63,624 nt of DNA, filler included, from Folioceros fuciformis (GCA_049999805.1; 6 parts of 6 records of this genome joined end to end with filler, not necessarily neighbours in it), one strand, 5' to 3'; shown: positions 49,301 through 60,104, numbered from the whole stretch's first letter. A program made the numbers and translations. The notes: generated by a model from the letters alone, not told the origin.

Positions 49301-50248
49301 GGCAAATGCACAAGCTTGAAGGGCAGCTACAAAGACGTGGGCATCTGGCTTCACTCCTGACCCACGCATCTCGTGGTACAGTCGTATGGCCGCCTTAGGC
49401 TTCCCATGTTTTGAGTGTGCTGAGATTAATGAAGACCACATGAAGGCATCCGGTTTCTCCACCCTGTTGAACACATGAATGGCCTCCTGCAGCCTACCTC
49501 CACTGGCATACATGCGCACGATATGGTTCCCTAGGAATGAGCTGGAATCGTATCCAAGTTTGGCAATGAGAACATGAACTCGACGCCCCATGACCATATC
49601 CTTCTTAGCTGTGCACAGTTTGAGCACAGTGTACAGCAGGGACTGAGAAATGGCAGAGTAAGTCTCCGCCAGTGACTCCAGGGATCCGACGGCCTCAGCA
49701 AGCTTCCCCTGCTGACACAACATGGTGACAGTTCCAGAGGTGAGCACACCCACTCCCGTCCTTGCACGCTTTCCAGGTTCAGGCCTATGCAAAGAGGTGG
49801 ACGCTGAAGGCGAGGCAGCATGATCACCCACGTGCATATCCAAGGAAACGAGCCGTTCGTCCACCCAAGCTGGTTTGAACATGTTGTTCAACCACAGGAC
49901 CTCGCCAGACCCCTTACGCCGGAAGTCAGGCGAACGGGAGCTCCTCTTATCTCGTCTGTTGTCCCACCACATGCTAGGCTCCAGAAAAAGTTGTTGCCAC
50001 AACTGCTCCTGCTCCCGGTGACGACCATCGCTGCTGGGAAAGGCGTCCCGACCCACAAATTCCCTCTGAAGAGAAAGTGCTGGGTTCCGACACTCGACAC
50101 TGCTGCATCTGGAGGATTTGTTTGCCAGGGGAGGTTGACTCCCCAAGATGAGGAAGCGAGCGGGAGGTTCCGGTGGAATACCTGTAGAAACTCCGAGCGC
50201 AATTTGTTGGGTGGTCCACGACGGGTCCGGTTGCCATACTGTGACCAT
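46394..50248 (-). CDS. PLS-class PPR protein with E1/E2 and DYW:KP (GRP-type) domain; candidate organellar U-to-C RNA editing factor
   Basis: About 26 PPR motifs (L,S + 7xPLS + P2L2S2), E1 and E2; KKPAVVTIE in place of the PG box; HAEKLA; CSDCH; C-terminus CSCKGRP. Start codon uncertain. Confidence 0.95.
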   Translation of the reverse strand: MVTVWQPDPSWTTQQIALGVSTGIPPEPPARFLILGSQPPLANKSSRCSSVECRNPALSLQREFVGRDAFPSSDGRHREQEQLWQQLFLEPSMWWDNRRDKRSSRSPDFRRKGSGEVLWLNNMFKPAWVDERLVSLDMHVGDHAASPSASTSLHRPEPGKRARTGVGVLTSGTVTMLCQQGKLAEAVGSLESLAETYSAISQSLLYTVLKLCTAKKDMVMGRRVHVLIAKLGYDSSSFLGNHIVRMYASGGRLQEAIHVFNRVEKPDAFMWSSLISAHSKHGKPKAAIRLYHEMRGSGVKPDAHVFVAALQACAFAVDLESGRAVHSDVAHSDIAANLFVGNCLVDMYAKCGNMEDARQVFDSMNTKDVVTWNALIAGYAQQGLGQEALDVHGLMEQAGLVLANHFTFACLLKACASIRALQNGMQLHSQIVEKGLLDDVVVGNCLVDMYAKCGQLKDARQVFDSMSTKDVVTWTVLIAAYSQQGLAHEGLILHGQMEREGLVLANHVTFTCLLKACASTGALQKGMQLHSQIVKRGLMDDLVVSNCLVDMYAKCGELGNACQVFDSMATKDVVTWTSLIAGYAQQGLGHEAIVLYGQMEESGLILADHVTFACLLKACASTGALQKGMQLHSQIVQRGLLDNILLGNCLVDMYAKCGELNHARQIFYSMATKDVVTWTALIAGYAQQGLGQEALLVHGQMEEAGLVLANNVTFACLLKACACTGALQKGMQLHSQIVERGLLDDVVVVNCLVDMYAKCGELKDARQVFDSMATKDVVTWTVLIAGYAQQGLCQEALVVYEQMEETGLILANHVTFACLLKACASTGALQKGRQLHSQIVERGLLDNVVIGTCLVDMYAKCGELKESRQVFDNMSTKDVVTWNALIAGYAQQGLGQEALLVYGQMEETGLILADDATLACLLRACGSTGALQKGRQLHSHIVETGLLDNLVLGTCLVDMYAKCGELGDARHAFDKSGTKDVVTWNALIAGYGGCDEAHKALACFEEMLVAGVHPNESTFTCLLVACSHGGLVNEGRKHLHSMAKEYGIKPNMVHYTCMIDLLGRVGLLDDAENMLLSCEGQTDVVGLTTLLNACKCHGDIERATRCFESIVKLEPQQASAYVLMANAYADAGRWVDVDRIETLRMAAGANKKPAVVTIEVNGEVHNFLVGETREDIALKVESTNARLKTEGGHVPHTKLVLKPLSEKGKEDALCGHAEKLALAFGLLNTPSGVPLVVTKNLRMCSDCHSSTEIMSRLEERNIVVRDGYRVHRFVNGCCSCKGRP

Positions 50249-51493
50249 GGCGCAGGGTCCGGCGTCGGAAACAACTGATTATGACAGGATGCACGGTTCC
50301 ACCACATCACCGGAGCAACAGAATATTACGGGTACACAGTTTCTACCGCCACTGAGCGGATTGGACTTCCGAAGGCCGTCCCAATTCGAAGTTGGTGCTG
50401 GTTGAGGGTTCTCCGTCCTCCTCCACGATGGGGCAGGCGTTGGTGACACAGGGCCGGCGCGACCAAATACAGGGCTACATGGTCCGCCGAGATGAGGGGC
50501 GCTCTACACCTTCGCTCCAACAAATCCCTTGGAGCCGGCTCACACTGGCCGATCGGGCCCCATTCCGAACGGCGCCCAACGGAGAAGTAGGTGGCATCGA
50601 GCATTTTTAGCACAGGCGGCTGAGGGCTGTGACGCTGAGGACTTGCGACTTCATCAACTTCGTCACTAAATGAGCTGGTGTGGCTGGATCATGTTCCTCT
50701 GGCATCACCCAACTGAATCCAGATCCCCAATCAGACCTCTGAGCCAACAAAGGAAACATCAGCGATGCAGTGCTGCTGTCTTAGCTGTAGGGGGTGAGGG
50801 TTGGAAAAAGTGATGAGCTGCCCGGATGTGAACGCAGGCGCGTTAGACGTGACTGAAAGTGAGCCCCATGCATTCGTGCTCGCAATTCCGCCCCCGAAAT
50901 TTCACCCTGACCTCGACGTTTAAGGCAGTTCAGTACTTCAAAACGACTATTTCCAAACCTGGGCCAATTCTATCGGCATACGTCGGGAAGAGGTGGAACT
51001 CGCTCCACGTGCTTCCATTGGCCCAGATGCACTGAGCCGCGCTCCAAGCCGGCGCACCCATGAAAAAACATGTTAGCCACTAAATCTCCCGGCCTCCATG
51101 CTATAACGTGTGTGCAACTCACGTTATGGTCAAGGTACCAAGGGGGAGGGAACGCTACATTCGCACTTGAAAACTTGCGTGTCGTGCAGGCCAACCTTCA
51201 CAACAACCATGTATGAATCCATGGAAGGGTTTAGGGTACCCACGATTCGAGAATCCCACATTGTGAAGATGTGTTTGTCCCAAATGGCATACATACTATT
51301 TCTTAGGATTTTATAAAAAAAACATTAATTATTATTTATGTATACTTTCTTCAAAAACATAAAATTTTAATTATTATTTATGTATACTTTCTTCAAAAAC
51401 AAATTTGGCTGCACGTTTTCCACTCATGCCACAAGCATAATAATGGTCAATAGCAAAAAACTTCTTGTTAACAATAATCAATAATCTTTTAAA

Positions 51494-51901
51494 CCTCCTT
51501 TAGAGAAGATGAAAGCTAATTGAGTAAATAGTATAAATCTTTGTAGAACAACTAGATGTTCAATCCTTGTTGACCTTTTCAACTTACTTTTGTGAAGATG
51601 AAAACCAACTAATAAGTGACTATGTAGTAGTAATAGCCCATGCTATTGGAACAATGTTCAAGTGCTGATCTTTTCAGCCTCCTTTTGTGAAGCTGGAAGC
51701 TAATTGAGTAAATAGCAAAACTCTTTGTAGAACAACTAGATGTCCAATCCTTGTGTTGAACTTTTCAATCTACTTTTGTGAAGATGGAAACCAACTAACA
51801 AGTGACTATGTAGCAGTAATAACCCATGCGACTATGTAGTAGTAATAACCTATGCGACTATGTAGTAGTAATAGCCCATGCTATTGGAAAAACGTTCAAG
51901 T
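51494..51901. repeat. ~185-bp tandem duplication with an internal 26-bp triplication
   Basis: CCTCCTTT.G.GAAG.TG.AAGCTAATTGAGTAAATAG... occurs twice; GACTATGTAG.AGTAATA.CC.ATGC occurs three times in the second copy. Confidence 0.85.
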
Positions 51902-52375
51902 AATGGTAAAAAAATATCACATTGAATAAGTGGTAGCAGTAGTTGTTCAACCTAAACGTTATATCCTTAGCTTGTACTTTACTATTCCCAGAAAGGGGCA
52001 TGAAAGGAGAACCATGATAGTGAATAAGTGGCAATGATACTTGTTCTACCCAAAGTTATATCCATAGCTAAAACAATACTATTCCTCATAAAATCAATGT
52101 GCAATTTAACATAAAAGGAGTTGTAATATCAAAAGCTAAAGGTTGCTTTAGACTTCATTGGTGGAAGACTATGCATGAATTCTACTTCTACCATGCTGAC
52201 ATCATCATCTTTGGGTGTTCGTGTAGTAGTGTCGTATTCGGTTAAACATAGTACTTATCCACGATTCATTAGTTAATAGTTATTCACATCACATGTTGTG
52301 CATACTAATCAGTGCATGATGGTGCTACAGTTCTATAAAAGTGAAGCATTTGTTACTTCAGACACCACAAAATCT

Positions 52376-52526
52376 CCACTACTTAGATCCACACTTCTTA
52401 CAACCACTACTTAGATCCACACTTCTTACAACTATAGCTTGGCCGCTCAAATCCACAATCGGGTCCTACTTATATCCACACTTCTTACAACTATAGCTTG
52501 GCCGCTCAAATCCACAATCGGGTCCC
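52376..52526. repeat. Overlapping short tandem duplications (~29 and ~59 bp)
   Basis: CCACTACTTAGATCCACAC x2; TCCACACTTCTTACAACTATAGCTTGGCCGCTCAAATCCACAATCGGGTCC x2. Confidence 0.85.
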
Positions 52527-53080
52527 ATGGTCTTGCACATTGCATACATGTACACCTTCAAGAGGATGCACTCATAAAACTAAAAGAGAATACAAGCTTA
52601 CAAGTACAGCGAACATTATTGAGCTAAGCTTTTATACCTACTACAGCCAAGTCCACACATCTAATTTTGTACATATGCTATTGATTTTATTTAATTTCTA
52701 TTATCCTAACCAAATATTTTATTATTACTAGTAATCCTACTTATTAACAAGCCTTAATTTTTAAACTTATTACTATTTGCATGCATTTTCGTGGCAATAG
52801 ATTACAATAGTGGTAGAGGCAGAGATTGACATACCATAGGAGGTTGGAGATCAACAATGCTTATTGAATCGATGATTTTTTTTTTTGTGGAAAAAAGGTC
52901 AGATTATGACAACTTCCGATGTTACTAAGAATACAAGGTGCTAAGTGAGGGGCAAATGACCCCTATAAATGTAGCACTAGACAGATACTCCTTAGAAGAG
53001 CCCTTGAAGCAATAACTTCAAAGGAGCAATGCACCGATGAGAGGCCCTAATACCTCAATTGGGACTCACCAAAGGGCATT

Positions 53081-54060
53081 TGTAGGGTTAATAAAGCCCA
53101 ATTGCTTAGACTAATGTATTTAGTCTAAGATTAGTGTCTAGTTAAGTACCATTACTTTAGATTAGCTTAAGTTAATCTGTAGGAAGCTTCTTGCGCAGCT
53201 TCCTGTGCGCTTCTTGTAAAGCTTCCTAGAGAGCTTTGCTAGAGGGTATAAATACCCCCTTGAGCTCCCTTGCAATGTGAGACATTGTGAGAGTGTGACC
53301 TCTCTATTTCTCCTCTCCTCCTTACTTTCTCCTCTCCTGCTTTACCATGTGGCTCCTCTAGCGATACATCAACTGGTATCAGAGCGTAGGTGTGGAGCAA
53401 GATTGGTGATGGCTACAAGTGCGACGGACAGAGGCGCAAGGACGGTGAGGATGGGCATCTAGGCGGGGTGCCAGAGCAAAGGAAGCGTAGAGCGCCAAAA
53501 GCATAGAGCGTGGTGTGCGAACGAAGGACGCGGGAGCAAGGAGCAACCAACCCGCGGGGCGCCAGGTCTCCGCAGGCCCCAGGCGCCACGGGCGTGGGCG
53601 AGCGCAGGCGGCGAGGCCCGCAGCGCCTAGCGGGCACCGCGGACGCCCTAGCTGCAGGCGCTAGGCACGAGGGCGCCAAGTCGTTAGGCCAGCCCTGGGT
53701 TGCTAGGGCGACAGCCCGGCGTGGGCGCACCGGCGCCAGGCCTCCCGGCATCCGGGGCGCCAGGCCGCCCACTAGGAGCGCCAGTCCCCCAGTCGGGGCA
53801 CTAGGCCACGTCAGGGGCGGGTAGCCCCGGCCACCCTGCCACGGGGCGCCAGGCCCTGCTTAGGGGCGCGGCTAGGGCCTAATCCCCGGCCAGCGGGGGT
53901 TAGGTCCTCGGGGGCACCCAACCAGCGGCGTCGTCAGGGGGGCCGCCAAGGGCGCTAGCGGTGCCACAGGTGCAAGCGATGTAGGTGCGAACGATGTGGG
54001 CATGGGCCAGCCGAGATACCAACCGCAAGGTGGCCAGATTTCGATCGGAGGATTTAGGCC
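53081..54060 (+). mobile_element. LTR (53081-~53371), PBS and very GC-rich non-coding internal region
   Basis: TGTAGG...TACATCA with a TATAAATA box; PBS TGGTATCAGAGC at 53374-53385; GGCGCC/CTAGG-rich stretch follows. Confidence 0.7.
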
Positions 54061-54318
54061 TGTCGAGTCGTGTGGGGGAAAATATTACACCCGGGGGTGC
54101 TAATGAAAGTGCCAGCTATTAGCAGCCCTGGTATTTAGGGCACGTTTGGGTAATTAGCATATTTAGATATTAAGATATAAACAGTCATAACTGCTTTAGT
54201 CCTTCCGAGTCTCGTAAACACCAACGGCCGTGCCGGTACACAAGTCCGTGCACAAAAAGCACATTGCTCAATAGAATTTACACGCATAATTCAATTCCGC
54301 TACGTATGAGCATTGACT

Positions 54319-57300
54319 TGGTATCAGAGCCTCTCACCTAATCCTTACAGCTTTCATCTATCCTTTTTCACCTAATCTGACAATGCTTCCAAGAACATAG
54401 TCAGGTTTGATGGAAAAGAGAGAAAGTTGGGGATATGAGACATTTGGCTACAGTACAATGATTGGAGATCAAAGACTGTTCTCCAAGTCTCTATATGAGT
54501 GGGCAGTAATCACAAACAAGACTCCATTTTCAACTATGGAGAGAATTAGATCAATTTCTCAGCGCCTTTATAAGTAGTGGCGATCTCATGAAGATGCGCC
54601 TCTGTTCAAAGGCTCATCATATTGAAAATGACTATATCAGCCCAAGTGGGAGATAATGCCGAATCGACAGCAACGCTTCGTTGAAACCTGCGCAAGCAGT
54701 GAGGACGCCAAATTGAGTGGCGCACACATTACAATCTCTGTGAAGACTCTCCAAGAACTCATAGCAGCAAAACATACAACTAACCTGCCTGTGGGATCTC
54801 CATCCGCACCAAGGTATAACTTAGCCGCACACTCTAAAGTGCATGAAGGAAAGAACGCTGCACAAATAGAAAATCAAGCAAGAATTAAAGAAGCTCTCAA
54901 ATCAATCTTGCGAATTAGAAGCAATCTACATCATCTTGGAGAGAACGGGATTTTTCCTGGTTACTACTAATCTAGAAATCTTACAACACTTACGTGAATT
55001 GAAGACGAGTGTATCTTCCCTAACCCCTGTGAATGAATCTATTCTTTTGGGTAAGGAGGAGGGAAATCCACCTCTCTAAATAGATACTTTGGACCCGTAC
55101 CCGCATCATTGGGTACCTCGAGGCCTTGGAACTGCTAGCTTGCCTCAGAAACTACATCAACATATAAAACACAGAGTAGTTAAACTCGCAAAGATGTGTG
55201 GAGGCGGAGGCAGAGGCGGTTCTGGAGGTGGAGGAGGCGTCGGCCCCAACGTTTCTCCTCCTCCTGTTCCTACAGTGGTGACGAACAACATCACCAATAT
55301 CAGACTAGATTTTTGAGATAAGGACCGTTTCAATGGCACGGAGTATGACATATGGGCCATGCGTGTTCAAGGTATACTTGAAGAGCATGAGCTATGGGAA
55401 ACTGTTACTGGAGCTGACCCTGCACCTGCAGCTAATCATCAAGACTATGCAATGTGGAGTAAGTTAGATAAGAGAGCAAGAAATTTGATCTTGTCAGCTT
55501 TGGACAAGACCATGATGCACCACACGAGTGCAACACCCTCATCAAAGGAGGTGTGGAAACGGCTCTCTGATCTGTATCAATCAACAGATTCGACACATAA
55601 AATGTCAATCACAAAACAGTTTCATTCCTTGTCAATGAAAGATGGCAAACATGTAGAGAAGTACGTCCAACATTTCAGAGCTTTGCGAGCTCGATTAGCC
55701 TCATGTGGCACGACGCTGTCAGAGACTGAGGCAGCGGAGGCCTTCTTGGCTAGTTTACCTGCAAGCTACGCAGCTTTCTCTACATCACAGTCTGGTTTGT
55801 TGGACCAGAGTAAAGCCGCTGTTGCACTAGGCATGGGCAGGGAGCTTACCTTGTCTGATGTTATTGCAAGCCTATTAGCCGAAGAATTGAAGCGGGAGTC
55901 AAATAAGCACGGGTCTTCTAGCGGGCCGGCTCGTGCACTCTTTGCTGAAAAATCAAAGTTCAAGAAGAACTTTGATTCATCACCCAGTAGTTCAACTTCA
56001 AGAAGGAAGAAAGGGGCTTGCAGTTGGTGTCGGATTCCCGGCCATTACGAACGGGAATGTCGTAAGAAACAGGCTTAGACGAATTTGACTACAGCTTCTA
56101 ACCCAAAAACGAGACCAACGGTATTAGTGAGCTGTGCCCAAGATGCAAATTCATCTACAAGTGGGTGGTTCCTAGATAGTGGAGCCACACATCATGTGTG
56201 CAAGGACAGGAATCAGTTTATGGACCTGACAAATTTTGCCTAAACCTCAACAACTAACAGCGGGAAATGACAGTGTCTGCCCAATTGTTGGAAATGGCAA
56301 GGTTCGATTAATCACAGCCAAAGGGGGAGTTGTGATACTTACTGACGTGCTTTATTCACCAAAGATGATGAAGAATCTCATCTCGATGTCAAAGGTGATG
56401 AGCTCACCAGGTCTTCATTTGACCTTCAACGCAGATGGATGTCGCATGTTAGATAACAAGCAACGACCCATTCTTGAAGCACATCTGCAGGACTCGCTGT
56501 ATAGTGTATGCTTGAAGTCCACACCTTCTGCTCACGTAACAGCTAAGGCAACAAAAGGGCAAGTTTCTACTACCATGCTTTGGCATGCGTGCCTTGAGCA
56601 CGTGAGTGACTCAAAATTGCAGAAACTTCACTGTGGACTCCACATGCTGAATAGGTCCTTGGAAAATGGTAGGATTTCTCTTTTTGGGAATCTCTGAGTG
56701 AATCCTGTGGTGAAATGGTTAGAAGATTAGGTTAGATTAGTAGCTAGATTAATGGTGAGGCGAGACGGGTCTTTGAAGGGTTGCTGGATGCTCTGAAGGG
56801 AAGGGATGGAATGATCTGAGAGAAGGGATGGAATGATTTGAGAGAAGAGGGAGAGCGTTGAGAGGCACTAACCATTTTGGTAGTCTTGAGAGGTTGGTCA
56901 ATTTTGGTAAGGGCACCCAGTGGTGTCCATGGGACACAACCCCTATTAGGTCGGATTAAGGTTAGGTCAGAGTTAGGGTTAGGGTTAGGTCAGAACTAGG
57001 TTTGGGTCAAAGTTAGGATTAGGTTAGAGTTAGGTTTAGGTCAGAATTAGGGGCTGACCACCTTGCATGCTGGCTGAGGTGAGGTTGCAGGGTCGTGAGC
57101 CAAGGAGGCTACCCAGCCCTAGGCCTCGCCTCTGCTTTGAAGGCTGCAAGAAGGAAAGCTGTTGTGTTCCAAATTGCAGGAGAGAAGGGTTGAGTTGCAG
57201 ATTTTGGAAGTGGAAGTGTTGAAGTGAGGATTTGAGCTGAAGTGAGGGGCTGGAGGGTGAAGTGAAGTGCTAAAGTGAAGGATTGAAGTGATGAAGTGCT

Positions 57301-57826
57301 GAAGTGGTGGAATGAAGTGTTGGAGCTGGAGTGAGGAGCTAGCTGAAGTTGAGGTTCTCGTTCAGCTGCGGAGGTAGCTAGCACTAGGTGCTGAGAGTTG
57401 GAGGCCAGACTTGGGGCTGGAGCCTCCTCTTAGCACTGAAGTGATTGATACTTGGAGCTGGAAACGAGGGCTGAAGACAATGCTGGAGTTCTCATTTTGT
57501 TGAGGCTGGGGTTGGTGTTGTGGTAGGAGCCGAAGACAGGACCGAGAATTCTGACCTATTGCTGTAGCACTTGGTATATGCTGATAGATAGGGTGAGATT
57601 AGGGAGATGTAGGTAACCTTGACATTATGGGATGTGGGTATAAACCTTCCATTTCACATCTGCGCATCTTTGGATCACCTGCCTATTCTTACATTTCAGA
57701 CGCCAAGCGCAGAAAAATGGATCCCCGTTCAGAAAAATTGCTCTTAGTCGGTTATGCTGACGAACTTCGAGCTTAAAAGCTGTTCAACCCCACAACACGA
57801 AGGGCTTCTTATGCCCGCAGCGTCAT
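54319..57826 (+). mobile_element. Ty1/Copia 5' half (PBS, extra 5' ORF, gag, PR, partial IN), interrupted by an LTR-like repeat
   Basis: PBS at 54319-54330; gag DRFNGTEYDIWAMR...LASLPASY; CSWCRIPGHYEREC; WFLDSGATHH; LWHACL; HLRIFGS after 57624. Confidence 0.9.
56632..57624. repeat. LTR-like insert (TG...CA) containing a degenerate TTAGG(G) array
   Basis: Begins TGTGG and ends CTTGACA; replaces the integrase core of the host; related to 37629-38330. Confidence 0.65.
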
Positions 57827-57965
57827 TGATTAGGGTTTAGGGTTTAAGGTGAAGCCGCATTGTCCTTGATTCCTCGTCACCGCACAAGTGACCCTGCTGA
57901 GCCAGGGGGAGAGTTCCTTGTGTATTTTGCGGAGAGAGCAAGACAAAATACTATCGACTAAACTT

Positions 57966-58065
57966 NNNNNNNNNNNNNNNNNNNNNNNNNNNNNNNNNNN
58001 NNNNNNNNNTTAATTAATTAANNNNNNNNNNNNNNNNNNNNNNNNNNNNNNNNNNNNNNNNNNNN
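57966..58065. other. Artificial assembly spacer
   Basis: N44-TTAATTAATTAA-N44. Confidence 0.97.
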
Positions 58066-58520
58066 ATCCAAGAGGGGAGTGTGTTCCCTTCTTCCTTTTG
58101 TTTGGGGTTAGTCTAGTGATTCTTGCCGTGTAGGAGGAGTCAGTAGGGAAGTGTAGAAGGTAGTGGTGTCATTGTTAGTTGCTGGTGTTGATGCTGGAGT
58201 GAGAGAGTGAGTGAAGTGTGTGAGGGAAGTCGCAGATCTGAGAGGTTAGAGTCGTTGTAGTGACTGGAGTGAGTTTGTGGGCACCGAGAGAGGTGCAGCT
58301 GACCGCTGGACAGCGAGGCCTGTTCTACGCCTGATCGGAGCTGGAGGGAGCCCTCGAATCCATCATCGAGTTGATCAAGTCCGACCCTCCATCCACAGCA
58401 GCAAGGAACCCCATCGCTCCTTCGTGGGAACGAAACCCAATGTCTCAACGACAGTGGGATAAGTGTGGCCACTAAAGGTGGAACCCATTGGCAATCAGTG
58501 CCCGGGGTTTTGCCTCCAAA
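58066..58520 (-). repeat. Dispersed long repeat, probable LTR (copy 3 of 3)
   Basis: Matches ~10914-11379; inserted into a Copia RT/RNase H region. Confidence 0.85.
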
Positions 58521-60104
58521 GTATAGTATCATAGTTTCTAAAAACTCCTAGCAGAGCCCATTGGTTAGCCGTTAAGCGCATTTACAGATACTTAAAAGGC
58601 ACCCTTACTTACGGGTTGCACTATGTGGCTAGTGGACAGCAGAAATTCTTACTTATAGCATTCGCAGATGCTAATTGGGCTTCTGATGCTGACTCCCGTA
58701 AGAGTCTATCGGCGTATGTCTTCCTACTGGCTATAGGAGCTGTGAACTGGTCTTGTGAAAAGAAAACATCCTTGGCGTTGTCATCCATAGAAGCTGAGTA
58801 CAAAGCCCTAATAGACACATGCAAGGAATTAGAGTGGGAGAGGCAATTCTTGGAAGCAATCCACTTACCTCAGATTGGCCCCACTTCTCTGCTATGCAAC
58901 AATATGTCAGCTATAGCGCTTGTCCAGAACCCGAGGTTCCCTGCAAGGACGAAACACATCAAACTTTATCACCACTACGTTCGTGATGTAGATGAAAGGG
59001 GCATGGTGAGAGTTCAGTATGTTAGTACCAATGAAAACACTGCTGATATCTTTACTAAGGGTCTGTCCAAGGAGAAGCACTACAAACACCTAGAAGCACT
59101 TGGGCTGAGGGCATTTTCCATGCCCATTACTAGTACATGACCTACCTAGTTCTATCCACATGGAGACAGCTTGCAAGGCACCTTGCCCAATTCGCAGTAG
59201 TCCATACTTGGTCTTGCTGTCCGCACATAGTACATGACTTGCTTTACTGTCTCTTGTTCACAAGTAGGTCGACGATGAGGTGCCCTTAGTGGATGAAACC
59301 TAAGTTTAGAATCCAGTCGTGAGAGCATCACATGTTAGAATTTTTGGAAGATGGCAGGTTTACCTCTCACTTGTTGCTGAGTGAAGGATGTATCCAAGTC
59401 CCTCGAGCTCCTACATCACCGCACTATACTCTGCAGGCGTTAAAGGTTGTGACAATTCGTCCTCTGCAGGTGTCATAGCCAGTAACACCTCCTTGCTTTC
59501 TTCTTTGCAGACGAGAGGAGGTCTTCTAGTTCGTTGCACTTCTCCAGCGCCTTGATCTGATGTCACAGCAGCTTCATGTCAACTTTGGTTGGCCACCATC
59601 CCTTCCCAGTCACAGAGGGAGCTGACAAAGCTGGAAGCTGTTTGGGTGGCAGAGGTCTCAGATGCTTGATGCTCCTACTGCTCATCTCCAGAGAATCGAA
59701 GTTGCTGCAGGCCACGCTGAAGAGGCGAGTGGTGATGGTGGTAACACACTGCCACGATTAAGCAAAGCCCCCTACTGACTGCCAAAGCATTGTTTCTGCT
59801 AAGCGCCGAGTCGCCCTTTTGTAGCTTGGATGAATTGCCAGGCTACAGGCTATGATCGCAATCAATGCCATGGCACAGGAGGATAGCGTGACAAGTAATA
59901 ATGGCAGCTGAAGTGCCTCTATGAGGAAACACGATGCTAGCTGGAGTTCGTGTGAGTCGTCCTTCAGTCCTTGGCTCATGAGCTTCGCTTTTAACCATCG
60001 CACGTTAAGAGGGAGTGTTAGGGTTAATCAGTGATTAGTCAATTTAACCTGCTTAGGTTAGAAATAACCAAGGGTCACACCCTTTCGGGTTACCCAAACT
60101 AACA
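58521..60104 (+). mobile_element. Ty1/Copia 3' end (RNase H, ~860-bp 3' region, PPT, short or truncated LTR 60016-60104); same family as 7373-9942
   Basis: YVASGQQK..ADANW and ARTKHIKL; PPT AAGAGGGAG followed by TGTTAG...CTAACA. Confidence 0.9.

Noticed and set aside
47248-49398. Repetitive plus-strand ORFs over the PPR gene
   Set aside because: Antisense shadows of the 306-bp PPR repeats.
53413-53824. Arg/Ala/Pro-rich ORFs on both strands
   Set aside because: Expected from very high GC in a retroelement non-coding region; no recognisable domain.
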